A stretch of 64,000 nt of DNA from Oscillospiraceae bacterium (GCA_022766785.1 JALEOL010000024.1:14153-78152), one strand, 5' to 3'. Numbered from the stretch's first letter, positions 18,727-28,449 are shown. Made by a program: numbers and translations. The notes: generated from the sequence alone by a model not told the origin.

Positions 18727-20259
18727 TTACTCTCGCCAATACTCCGAGCCATAGCCCGTCCTGCCCATCAGCTTCAGATCTATCATTTCCCTGCGGATAA
18801 TCGCATAGTCAGAAAAGGTAATATTCTGCATGATGATCTCATTGACCTCTTTTTCGGTGTATATCCTGCCTTTCTCAAAGCATTCCGCTATTCTTCCGAG
18901 GGCAACGATCCTCAGCGGTCTCTTTCGCGGATACTGCGTCAGGCGGCCGTCCCTGTCGTAAAATACAGACGCTTTCTTCCGGTAAGCGATATTTCTGCTA
19001 AGCTCGCACAGCTTTTCATTCAGTTCGCCGATATGCTTTTCGAACCACACCAGCAGCCCCGACGCCAGGTCAGCCTGTTCCAAATAAATATGCCTGTTAT
19101 TTGAAATGGAATCGTAATACTGCCCGTAAAAATTGCATACAGCCAGGAAGTAATAGAACAGCTTCCCTGCGTTTTCTATGTCATAGGCGTTCAGCGTGCC
19201 GATCTCTATATAGTCGTCGATATAGCGTATCAGAGCCTCTATATTTATCTCTCCGCGCCCCGTCTCCGGCGCCATAAAGACATAGGATCGGACGATCTCC
19301 CAGATATACGGGTGCCGGCAGACGCAGGTCCAGTCAACGATCCCGTTCACCTTATCGTCAAGCCATACGAGCTGTGAGATCGTGTAATCGCCGTGGGTGT
19401 TGCCACATGTGAATTTGTCTGTATCGAACTCATACGAGGGCATAGACCCGACAATTCTCATATTGGAACGTATCGCTGCTGCGATATCCTTATCGCCGTT
19501 ATCCTCCGCCTGCCTGAGAGTCTGAAGATAACTTTCCTGTATGTATTGAGGCTTTCTGTGTTCGAAAAAACCGCTGCCTATACCGGTGGGAATATTCTCC
19601 ATATCCCTCATTGCCGCGTGTATCTCTGCAAGCAATACCGCCGACGCTTTCTGCAGACCCACGGGCGCTTCATTGCAGCCATAGGTCACGCCCTCATAGA
19701 ACTGCTGGACGGTAAATCTTCTCCCGTTCTCATCGGTGGAGAGCATTCTGCCATGCTTATCGGGAATAAATCTGCATGCCGGAATGCCTTTCTTTAAGAG
19801 CTGACTGCACACGCGTATCTCCGTTTCCGGGTGATTCATCGCATTATCGGAGGGGTACTTCACAACGTACTTTGCGCCGTTTGCAGTTACGAAATAGGTA
19901 AGCCCCCCAGCGCCGTTCCCGGAGGTCTCCATGGTCTCTGTCTCAATGTCGTAGAGCTTGTATATACGCATTCGCAGCTGCTCGAATTCCAGCTGTCTGA
20001 CCAGTTCCAGCCGCGACCTGTCGATAATGTTCATAAGCTCCAGAATTGGTATGGATTCTCCTGCCAGAAGTTCGTTCACGGTTATACCCAGGATCCGGCA
20101 CAAAGGCTCCATATATACGACCTCCGGCAGCCCGTTGCCGCACTCCCACTTTGATACCGTCTTTTCGCTTATTCCCAGTCTTGCCGCTATGTCTTTCTGC
20201 AAAAGACCGCGTTCTTTTCTGCGCATGGCGATGAATTTTCCTGTCTTTATCTGATCCAT
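18727..20259 (-). CDS. XRE HTH + APH/choline-kinase-like phosphotransferase + DUF2087-like wHTH fusion
   Basis: N-term IAARLGISEKTVSKWECGNGLP; HGDY...GIVDW kinase motifs; C-term YTEKEVNEII...DYAIIRREMID...GSEYWR. Confidence 0.8.
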   Translation of the reverse strand: MDQIKTGKFIAMRRKERGLLQKDIAARLGISEKTVSKWECGNGLPEVVYMEPLCRILGITVNELLAGESIPILELMNIIDRSRLELVRQLEFEQLRMRIYKLYDIETETMETSGNGAGGLTYFVTANGAKYVVKYPSDNAMNHPETEIRVCSQLLKKGIPACRFIPDKHGRMLSTDENGRRFTVQQFYEGVTYGCNEAPVGLQKASAVLLAEIHAAMRDMENIPTGIGSGFFEHRKPQYIQESYLQTLRQAEDNGDKDIAAAIRSNMRIVGSMPSYEFDTDKFTCGNTHGDYTISQLVWLDDKVNGIVDWTCVCRHPYIWEIVRSYVFMAPETGRGEINIEALIRYIDDYIEIGTLNAYDIENAGKLFYYFLAVCNFYGQYYDSISNNRHIYLEQADLASGLLVWFEKHIGELNEKLCELSRNIAYRKKASVFYDRDGRLTQYPRKRPLRIVALGRIAECFEKGRIYTEKEVNEIIMQNITFSDYAIIRREMIDLKLMGRTGYGSEYWRE

Positions 20260-20491
20260 TGTTTTTCTCCATTCACAATTTTTTCATGGAGTGATTATAT
20301 CATTTTTAATTATAGATTGGAACCCACGCTCCGTAGGATCCGATACCTGATCACTGCTATGTCTTTTTTATTATACTACATTTCCCCGTTTTTTTCAACT
20401 GGTTTTCATCGCGGAACAGCAAACGCCCCGGCTATGGTATGCCAGACATATAAGGTGTGATCCGGTCAGCGGCGCATAATTAATTTCTCTA

Positions 20492-20520
20492 TTGACTAAC
20501 AGCACAATTTAGTATATAAT
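20492..20520 (+). promoter_or_regulatory. sigmaA promoter of the HD-GYP gene
   Basis: TTGACT-17-TATAAT. Confidence 0.7.
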
Positions 20521-20580
20521 AGTATACAGAGCGATCCCCACCCTATAACAAAAGGCACCTCTATAATAAACGGTGATAAT

Positions 20581-23505
20581 ATGAAAAAAACCATTACTAT
20601 ACTTCTTTCTCTCGTGATAATGTTCGCCGCGTCGGTAAATGCCTTTGCGGAACACACCATGTCCTATGTCGGAAGTATCTTCAACGACCGCAACGGGCTT
20701 CCCACAGGTGAAGCAAACGCAGTCGTACAGACCCCCGACGGCTACATCTGGATAGGAAGCTACGCCGGGCTTATCCGCTACGACGGCACCGTGTTCCGCA
20801 ATTTCAGCGAGGAGGGCGCGCTCCAGACCGCCACGGTGCGTTCGCTGTTCGTGGATTCCTCCGGGCGGCTGTGGGTCGGCTCCAACGACATGGGCGTGTT
20901 CTGCATGGAGAACGACGTTTTCGTTCAGCCGGAGGGTCAGCCTGCGGACAGCTTCTCCACGATACGCAGCTTCACCGAGGGAGAAAACGGCGATATCTAT
21001 GTGTCAAGCTCCTCGGGGCTTGCAAGAGTTTCCGGCGGCGTGATGTCCATTTACGACGCGCCCGAGCTTTTCGGGCACACTGTATACTCCACCGCAGTCG
21101 ATAAATTCGGACGGGTGTGGTGCTCCACCAACTCCGGCTGCTGCGTTATCCTGCCGGACGGCACTATTGAGGGCACCCCGGACAGCAGCCTTATCTTCCG
21201 GGACGGGGAGAATATCTACAGCCTTGCCTCGGGAAAGGACGGAGCTGTCTGGTTCGGCTCTGACAGCAATATTCTTGCAATGGCGGAGTTCACAAGTAAG
21301 GCACTCTCCCCTGACGGGCTGAAAGTTACCTATTACAGCACGGAAAACGTCTATACCCACAACAGCATTGGCGTGCTCCCGGACGGCGGCGTGACAGTCC
21401 ACGGGCTGCGCGGCTTCGGGATACTCAGAAACGGCGGGTTCCTCGGCTTCGGAGAGGACGAGGGCGCGGCTTCGGTGGAGGGTTCCTGCGTTGACTATGA
21501 GGGCAATATCTGGCTCGCTTCCTCCACAAACGGCGTCGTGAAATTCACCGAGGGCTGCTATTCCACCCCGGACAGCAGCGCCGGGCTTTCCGGCAAATCC
21601 CTGAACACGATAGTTGGACAGGGCGGCTATTTCTTCATGGGAACGGACAACGGGCTGCTTATCTGCACGGAAAACTGGAAGCCGGTCTCAAACGACCTGA
21701 CCGCCGGTCTTGACGGAATAAGAGTGCGCCATATCATCGCAGACAGCAAGGGATATGTCTGGATAGCGTCCTATTCAGATACCCCGGTTATACGCGTTGA
21801 CCCTGCGAACTGGGAAACGGTATGCTACACCCAGGCTGACGGGCTTGCGGACAGGAACGCGCGTACTCTGCTGGAAATGTCCGACGGCTCGATAGCTGTG
21901 GGAATGCAGAACGGGCTGAGCATTATCACCCCCGCAGGAAACATCACCGGCTACAACGACCTCGCATATCCTGCTATACTCTGCATGACCGAGACCAGCA
22001 CCGGCGCTCTGCTTGCCGGCAGCGACGGCGGCGGTATCTACGAGATAGACGGCGGAAATATCACCGTGCACAGCTACTCCGAGGGACTGGACAACGGCAT
22101 TATACTGCGCATTATCGAGGACTCGAAACCGGGCTGCCTGTTCGTCAGCACCAGCAGCGGCATGTTTTATTATAACGGCACATCATTTCGAAAATTGTCG
22201 AAACTGAACAAAAGCCCCGGCAACATATTTGATATGTACCTTGTGGGCGACAGCCTTTACCTGCTGCAGAACAGCGGAATACTGACGATCCCCCGGGAGG
22301 ACGTTATTGCTGACAACGGCGCTCCCTCGCTCAGCTACGGGTTTGAGCACGGGCTTTCCGGCTCGCTGTATGCAAATACCTGGCACTGGCTCTCGCCGGA
22401 CGGGAAGCTGTACCTCGCCACAAGCAGCGGCGTGAGCATTTTCGGGTTCCACCAGCCCGAGAGCATTCTGCCAAAGGGCGTGGTGAACAGCATAACCGTG
22501 GACGGCACGGTGACAGAGCACCCACAGTCGCTGGAGATAAAAAAGGGCGCGCACCGTATCACGATCGATTTCGCGGCGCTCTCATACACCGGAACGACGC
22601 GCCTTGCGATAGCCTACAAGCTGGACGGCTTCGACAGCGAGGAGACGGTCATCACAGGCGAAAAGAAAGCGAACATCAGCTACACCAACCTGCCCGGCGG
22701 CGAATACACCTTCACCATGCGGATATTCCTCACCGACCACCCGGAGCAGAGCGAGACCTACACCGTCCCGATAAAAAAGGAAAGAGCCTTTTCCGAAAAG
22801 CCGGCGTTCGTGGCGCTGCTGATATTCTGCGGCATTGCCTTTGCGGTGGGAATTACCAGCCTTATTCTTTTCGCAAGGATAAGGGTGATGAAGCGCCGGC
22901 AGAAGATGTATAAGGAGATCATCGACCAGTCGCTGAAAACCTTTGCCGGGACGATAGACGCCAAGGACAAGTACACCAACGGACATTCCCTGCGCGTGGC
23001 GAAATACTCCCAGGAGCTGGCGCGCCGCATGAACATGAGCAAGGAGGAGCAGGAGCGGATATACTACATCGCCATGCTCCACGACATCGGAAAGATCGGT
23101 ATCCCCGACAACATTCTGAACAAGCCCGGAAAGCTCACCGATGAGGAACGGCAGATAATCCAGAAGCACCCTGCGATAGGCGCAGATATACTAAAGAACT
23201 ACACGGCGATCGAGGGCATTGCGGACGGTGCGAGATACCACCACGAAAGGATCGACGGAAAGGGCTACTGCGAGGGGCTTTCCGGGGACGATATTCCGCT
23301 GATCGCCCGTATAATCGGCGTTGCGGACACCTATGACGCTATGTCCAGCAGGCGCTGCTACCGTGACTGCCTGTCCTCGGACGTTATCATTGAAGAGCTG
23401 AAGCGCGTGGCAGGCAGCCAGCTCGACCGGGATATAGTTCCGCACATGCTGGATATGATAAAGGACGGCACAGCACCGATAATTCTCCCCGAGGACAAGG
23501 CATAA
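20581..23505 (+). CDS. Membrane sensor HD-GYP phosphodiesterase: signal peptide, beta-propeller (Reg_prop) repeats, YYY domain, TM, HD-GYP
   Basis: DGYIWIGS/GRLWVGS repeats; SYTNLPGGEYTF; DKYTNGHSLRV, LHDIGKIG, HHERIDGKGY, VADTYDAM. Confidence 0.9.
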   Translation: MKKTITILLSLVIMFAASVNAFAEHTMSYVGSIFNDRNGLPTGEANAVVQTPDGYIWIGSYAGLIRYDGTVFRNFSEEGALQTATVRSLFVDSSGRLWVGSNDMGVFCMENDVFVQPEGQPADSFSTIRSFTEGENGDIYVSSSSGLARVSGGVMSIYDAPELFGHTVYSTAVDKFGRVWCSTNSGCCVILPDGTIEGTPDSSLIFRDGENIYSLASGKDGAVWFGSDSNILAMAEFTSKALSPDGLKVTYYSTENVYTHNSIGVLPDGGVTVHGLRGFGILRNGGFLGFGEDEGAASVEGSCVDYEGNIWLASSTNGVVKFTEGCYSTPDSSAGLSGKSLNTIVGQGGYFFMGTDNGLLICTENWKPVSNDLTAGLDGIRVRHIIADSKGYVWIASYSDTPVIRVDPANWETVCYTQADGLADRNARTLLEMSDGSIAVGMQNGLSIITPAGNITGYNDLAYPAILCMTETSTGALLAGSDGGGIYEIDGGNITVHSYSEGLDNGIILRIIEDSKPGCLFVSTSSGMFYYNGTSFRKLSKLNKSPGNIFDMYLVGDSLYLLQNSGILTIPREDVIADNGAPSLSYGFEHGLSGSLYANTWHWLSPDGKLYLATSSGVSIFGFHQPESILPKGVVNSITVDGTVTEHPQSLEIKKGAHRITIDFAALSYTGTTRLAIAYKLDGFDSEETVITGEKKANISYTNLPGGEYTFTMRIFLTDHPEQSETYTVPIKKERAFSEKPAFVALLIFCGIAFAVGITSLILFARIRVMKRRQKMYKEIIDQSLKTFAGTIDAKDKYTNGHSLRVAKYSQELARRMNMSKEEQERIYYIAMLHDIGKIGIPDNILNKPGKLTDEERQIIQKHPAIGADILKNYTAIEGIADGARYHHERIDGKGYCEGLSGDDIPLIARIIGVADTYDAMSSRRCYRDCLSSDVIIEELKRVAGSQLDRDIVPHMLDMIKDGTAPIILPEDKA

Positions 23506-23541
23506 GCTGCGGTTTACGGGCAATAAACGGTGACGAATAAG

Positions 23542-23579
23542 CGAGCGACACTCCGAAAAAGGCGTGCCGCTCGTTTTTT
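23542..23579 (+). terminator. Terminator of the HD-GYP gene just inside the element end
   Basis: CGAGCGACAC...GTGCCGCTCG-TTTTTT. Confidence 0.65.
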
Positions 23580-23643
23580 CGTATTCACCGGGATAAAGCG
23601 TACATTCTCGGTTTAAAAGGGATTTTACCTTTGTATCACTATC

Positions 23644-25035
23644 GTCAAGCAGCGTTGCCATGAAATAGTCCATATTCATCATGAACATCTCCCTCATGCG
23701 GCGCTCCCCGGGGCTGTCGCTGTCGAGATACTCCGTCCGGGAAATGCACTTGCTGCAGCTTCTACGAACGTATTCCTCCGCCTCTATTCCGGACATCGGG
23801 CGCTTCATCAGCTCCGCCCTTTCGGGAACGGCAGTAGACCATGGGAAACCGTCATAGAACAGTAATTCCCTGCGGTGATACCACGGATATCCCCCAAGCA
23901 CCTCGTCCGCGCATTCCCCGGAGAGCGCCACCGGGAAGCGCTTTCGTATCTCCCTGCAGAACAGGTACAGCGAGCTGTCCACGTCCGCCATTCCAGGGAG
24001 ATCCCGCGCCCGGGTGGAGTCCTCCAGCGCGTCCGCAAGCGCCGGGGTTTCCAGTATCACGTTGGTGTGCTGCGACCCGATGTGCTCCGCCATGCGCACT
24101 ATCCAGGGGGCGTCCTCGTCCGGCTGGAAGCTGCTGGCGCGGAAATTCCTGTGGTTGTCCCTGTAGTCTATTGACCAGGTGGAAAGCTGCCTGCCCTGCT
24201 TTCGGAACTCCTCCGCAGCGACCGCCGAGATCACGCTGCTGTCCAGTCCCCCGGACAGAAAACAGCACAGCGGCACGTCGCTCACCAGCTGCCGCTTTAT
24301 TGCGTCGGTGAGAAGCTCCCTGATATGCGCCGAGGTCTCCTCAAAGCTCTCCGTGTGCGGCTTTGCGTGGACCTTCCAGTATTCCGTCAGGGTAAATCCC
24401 TCATCGGTCAGCACCGCGTAATTTGCCGGGGGTATCTCGCTGATATCGCGGAAAACGCCGCTGCCCACCCTCTTAGCCGGGCCTATCAGCATGATGTCCG
24501 CAATGCCGCTCTCGTCTATCACCGGTCTCACCTGGGGGTGCTTCAGCAGCGCCTTTATCTCGCTGGCGAACACTATGCCGTCCCGGGTATGGCTGTAGAA
24601 CAGCGGCTTTACGCCTATCCTGTCCCTTGCAAGGAAAAGCCTGCGCCTGCGGCTGTCCCATACCGCAAACGCAAATATACCGTTGAACTGCTTTACGCAC
24701 TCGTCGCCGTATTCCGCGTAGGCTCTCAGCACCACCTCGGTATCCGAATGCCCGGAAAACTCCACGCCGCGCCCCATAAGCCCAAGCCGAAGCTCCTGCG
24801 TATTGTAAAGCTCCCCGTTGTACACCAGCGTGTAACCGCCATAACTCATGGGCTGCGCACCGTTATCCGGGTCAATGACCGCAAGACGGCGATGTACAAG
24901 ATATGCGTGATCGTCAACATACACCCCCGAGGCGTCAGGTCCCCGGGGAGCTATAGCCTCGCTCATCTGCGTCATCACCGCGCTCATCTGCCGCATGTTT
25001 TCATGGTATCCTATCTGACCTGCAATACCGCACAT
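23644..25035 (-). CDS. asnB: 5' segment (464 codons) of split asparagine synthetase (AsnO/AsnB type)
   Basis: N-terminal MCGIAG (Ntn Cys), RGPD, YNGELYN, ARDRIGVKPL, LSGGLDSS, SGECADE; homology ends at FMATLLD; RBS AAAGGAG. Confidence 0.93.
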
Positions 25036-25066
25036 GGAAATATCTCCTTTCACTGAGTTCTTCATC

Positions 25067-25095
25067 ATAATATGCGTATCTGGGGTTTTGTGTGA
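25067..25095 (-). promoter_or_regulatory. Putative mother-cell sporulation (sigmaK/sigmaE-type) promoter of the split gene
   Basis: TCACA-16 nt-CATATTAT about 30 nt upstream of the start; no sigmaA consensus seen there. Confidence 0.65.
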
Positions 25096-25233
25096 TTTTC
25101 TGGTTTTTTTGAGAAAGAAAAAAGGGCTGCCATAATGACAGCCCCAAAAAAGGGAAAGGGAGCGGGATATCTTAAAGCGAGAAATTACGCTTTAAGTCAG
25201 ATGAATTTGCCGCATACTCTATTTTTATGCGGA

Positions 25234-27327
25234 TCATACGTTGAACAGAAGCTCATCGTATGTCGGGAACGGCCAGTACTCCTCACCGACGATAGTTTCA
25301 AGCTCGTCAGCGACTGCTCTCAGGCTCTGCATTGCAACGAATACTTCATCGCAGTAAACCTTTGCCTGCTCGGGGATATCGGAGATGCCCTGTGCCTTTA
25401 CAATAGCCGCATTCAGTGCGTCTATCTTCTCGTTGAGGGAAACGGTCAGTGTGTTGACCTTATTTACAATGCCGAGTTCAACTGTAGGCTCAACGCCGAC
25501 TGCCTTCTTGCTTGCTGCAATGTCGCATACGTCCTTTGAATACTTCATGACAGCCGGAAGGATCTCGGTCTTTGCCATATCGCTGGTGGTCAGCGCCTCG
25601 ATGTTGATGGTCTTTGAATAGTTCTCGTAGTTGATCTCCTGACGTGCGTGCAGCTCGACCTCGCTGTATACGCCGAACTTGGTGAACAGCTCGACAGACT
25701 TCTTGTCGGTGAGGCAGGGAACAGCAGCAACTGTGGACTTCAGGTTCGGCAGACCTCTCTTTTCTGCCTCAACAGGCCACTCAGCGCCATAGCCGTTGCC
25801 GTTGAAGATAACGCGTCTGTGCTCCTTGATGGTCTTTACCAGCAGGTCGTGAAGCGCGGTCTGGAAGTCGTCAGCCTTCTCCAGCTCGTCTGCGAACAGC
25901 TTGAGTGAGTCAGCTACTATCGTATTGAGTACAGTGTTCGGGCCTGCGATATTCAGGTTGGAACCGCACATTCTGAATTCGAACTTGTTACCGGTGAATG
26001 CGAACGGAGATGTTCTGTTTCTGTCGGTGGTATCCTTCGGGAAGCTCGGCAGGGAGGAAACGCCTACGTTGAACATAGTGCCGCTCTTGCTGGTGTAGTC
26101 AGTGCCTTCAACCAGGGCGTTTACAACAGCCTCCAGCTCCTCGCCGAGGAAGATGGAGATGATAGCAGGAGGTGCTTCGTTAGCGCCAAGTCTGTGGTCG
26201 TTGCCGGCGGAAGCTACCGACAGTCTGAGCAGCTCTGCGTACTCGTCAACAGAACGAATGATAGCCGCAAGGAACGTCAGGAACTGCGCGTTCTCCATCG
26301 GGGACTTGCCGGGATCAAGCAGGTTCTGACCGTCATCGGTGGACAGCGACCAGTTGTCGTGCTTACCGGAACCGTTGATACCTGCAAAGGGCTTCTCGTG
26401 AAGCAGGCAGACAAGTCCGTGCTCCAGAGCGATCTTCTTCATCAGCTCCATGGTGAGCTGGTTCTGGTCGGTCGCAAGGTTAGCCGGAGCGAAGATCGGA
26501 GCGTTCTCGTGCTGTGCGGGCGCAACCTCATTGTGCTTGGTCTTGGAGGTGATGCCCAGCTTCCAGAGATGCTCGTCCAGATCCTTCATGTAATCGGAAA
26601 CTCTCTGCTTGATAGTACCGAAATAATGATCCTCAAGCTCCTGTCCCTTGGGAGCCGGAGCGCCGAACAGCGTTCTGCCGGTGAAGATCAGGTCTTTTCT
26701 CTTGTCGTAGGTCTTTTTATCTACTAAGAAGTACTCCTGCTCAGCGCCAACGGTCGCAACGACTCTCTTTGAGGTTGTGTTGCCGAACAGACGCAGAATT
26801 CTCAGTGCCTGATCAGAAACAACGTCCATGGAGCGCAGCAGAGGAGTCTTCTTGTCCAGAGCCTCGCCGGAGTAGGAATAGAATGCGGTAGGAATGTAAA
26901 GAGAACCGTCCTTTACGAATGCGTAGGAAGTCGGATCCCATGCGGTGTAGCCTCTTGCCTCAAACGTAGCTCTGATACCGCCGGACGGGAAGCTGGACGC
27001 GTCAGGCTCGCCCTTTATCAGCTCCTTGCCGGAGAACTCCATGATGACTGTTCCGTCGCCGGCAGGTGAAATAAAGCTGTCATGCTTCTCAGCGGTGATG
27101 CCGGTCATAGGCTGGAACCAGTGGGTGTAATGAGTTGCGCCCTTTTCAATAGCCCAGTCCTTCATTGCGCTTGCAACTACATCAGCGATGCTGCTGTCAA
27201 GCTCCTTGCCCTCGGCAATGGTCTTTTTCAGAGTCTTGAAAACGTTCTTCGGAAGTCTCTGCTTCATCGTTTCCTCATTGAATACGTCAATGCCGAACTG
27301 CTCAACCACGTTAAAATGTTCTGCCAT
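25234..27327 (-). CDS. glnA: Glutamine synthetase type III
   Basis: [63 protein letters not shown]. Confidence 0.96.
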   Translation of the reverse strand: MAEHFNVVEQFGIDVFNEETMKQRLPKNVFKTLKKTIAEGKELDSSIADVVASAMKDWAIEKGATHYTHWFQPMTGITAEKHDSFISPAGDGTVIMEFSGKELIKGEPDASSFPSGGIRATFEARGYTAWDPTSYAFVKDGSLYIPTAFYSYSGEALDKKTPLLRSMDVVSDQALRILRLFGNTTSKRVVATVGAEQEYFLVDKKTYDKRKDLIFTGRTLFGAPAPKGQELEDHYFGTIKQRVSDYMKDLDEHLWKLGITSKTKHNEVAPAQHENAPIFAPANLATDQNQLTMELMKKIALEHGLVCLLHEKPFAGINGSGKHDNWSLSTDDGQNLLDPGKSPMENAQFLTFLAAIIRSVDEYAELLRLSVASAGNDHRLGANEAPPAIISIFLGEELEAVVNALVEGTDYTSKSGTMFNVGVSSLPSFPKDTTDRNRTSPFAFTGNKFEFRMCGSNLNIAGPNTVLNTIVADSLKLFADELEKADDFQTALHDLLVKTIKEHRRVIFNGNGYGAEWPVEAEKRGLPNLKSTVAAVPCLTDKKSVELFTKFGVYSEVELHARQEINYENYSKTINIEALTTSDMAKTEILPAVMKYSKDVCDIAASKKAVGVEPTVELGIVNKVNTLTVSLNEKIDALNAAIVKAQGISDIPEQAKVYCDEVFVAMQSLRAVADELETIVGEEYWPFPTYDELLFNV

Positions 27328-27367
27328 GTCCCTTTTCCTCCTGTTGATTGTGTTTACTTTCAGAAAC

Positions 27368-27466
27368 AAAAACGGCGTTCCAGACAACGGTAGTAAGCCC
27401 GTAGTCTGAAACGCCCTTGTTTCTTGATTACATTTATATTTTAGCCGAAAAATGCATTTTTGTCAA
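27368..27466 (-). promoter_or_regulatory. glnA promoter plus leader terminator overlapped by an ANTAR-like hairpin
   Basis: TTGACA-17-TAAAAT, then AAC-AAGGGC-GTT overlapping the 5' arm of GGCGTTTCAGAC...GTCTGGAACGCC-GTTTTT. Confidence 0.6.
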
Positions 27467-27642
27467 TTGCATTATTCAACAAAACACATCAACATAGCAC
27501 AGCGTTTTTGTGATATATGCACAAAATTACCGGAAAGCTGTGAAATTATAACAAATCGTCACTTCAAAAACCTTATCTTTCAACGTCGCCCTGGTTGTTT
27601 TTTTGGTATTTTTGCAGGATTTGAAATCACAACATGCAAATG

Positions 27643-28437
27643 TCAGGTGATGTTTTCGAGGGATTTTTCCAGGAACGCCTTCGTCTTGGGGCTGGAGGGT
27701 TTTCCGAACACCTCGTCCGGGGTGCCGTACTCCTCAATAACGCCGTCCGCCATGAATATCACCTTGTCCGCCGCGCTCCTCGCGAACCCCATCTCGTGGG
27801 TGACGAGGATCATCGTTCTGCCGGCGTCCTTCAGCTCCCGGATAACCCTGAGCACCTCGCCGGTAAGCTCCGGGTCAAGCGCCGAGGTCGGCTCGTCGAA
27901 GCAGAGTATCACAGGCTCCATAGCAAGCGCCCTCGCTATCGCAACACGCTGCTGCTGACCGCCGGAAAGCTCGCAGGGATAGTTCATCAGCTTGTCCGAA
28001 AGCCCTACCGAAGCCAGTATTCCACGCGCTTTTTCCTCGATCTCCTTGCGCAGCTTCGCTTTTTCCGCATGCTTCAGCCTCTTTTCGCTCCTGCTTATCT
28101 TCATAAGCTCCGGCGCAAGGCAGACATTTCTCAGCACCGTGTACTGCGGAAACAGGTTGAACGACTGGAACACAAGCCCGAAATGCAGCCGCTTCTCTCT
28201 TATCTCCTTGTCGGAGTACTTCTTCTGGACATCAAAGATCTCTTCTCCGTCCATGATGATCTTCCCCGTGTCGGGGGTCTCAAGAAAGTTCAGGCAGCGC
28301 AGCAGCGTGGTCTTTCCACTGCCGGAGGAACCGATTATCGCCAGCACCTCTCCCTTTTCCATTGTGAAGTCGATGCCCTTTAGTACCTCGGTCTTGCCGA
28401 AGCGCTTGAATATATCCTTAACCTCTAAGAATGCCAT
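27643..28437 (-). CDS. Polar amino acid ABC transporter ATP-binding protein
   Basis: GSSGSGKTT, LSGGQQQRVAIARAL, FDEPTSALDPE. Confidence 0.95.
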   Translation of the reverse strand: MAFLEVKDIFKRFGKTEVLKGIDFTMEKGEVLAIIGSSGSGKTTLLRCLNFLETPDTGKIIMDGEEIFDVQKKYSDKEIREKRLHFGLVFQSFNLFPQYTVLRNVCLAPELMKISRSEKRLKHAEKAKLRKEIEEKARGILASVGLSDKLMNYPCELSGGQQQRVAIARALAMEPVILCFDEPTSALDPELTGEVLRVIRELKDAGRTMILVTHEMGFARSAADKVIFMADGVIEEYGTPDEVFGKPSSPKTKAFLEKSLENIT

Positions 28438-28449
28438 GTCGCACCTCCG

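Larger units (their letters stand above)
13653..23647. mobile_element. Serine-recombinase gene-intervening element (9,991 bp excisable unit) inserted in the asparagine synthetase gene
   Basis: GTCA (minus TGAC) direct cores at 13653-13656 and 23644-23647; inverted arms GGTAAAA (13671-13677) and TTTTACC (23623-23629); recombinase gene adjacent to one end; the flanks join in frame. Confidence 0.92.

Noticed and set aside
23191-23643. C-terminal 150 aa of the 625-aa ORF as genuine asparagine synthetase sequence
   Set aside because: It is read-through into the element, antisense to the HD-GYP gene. The near-normal total length is coincidental and masks the split.
27480-27560. TTGTG...CACAA-like palindromes upstream of glnA (similar ones near 47930, 49770 and 63100) as Rex sites
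   Set aside because: Degenerate and variably spaced in AT-rich DNA; cannot be assigned without a motif scan.
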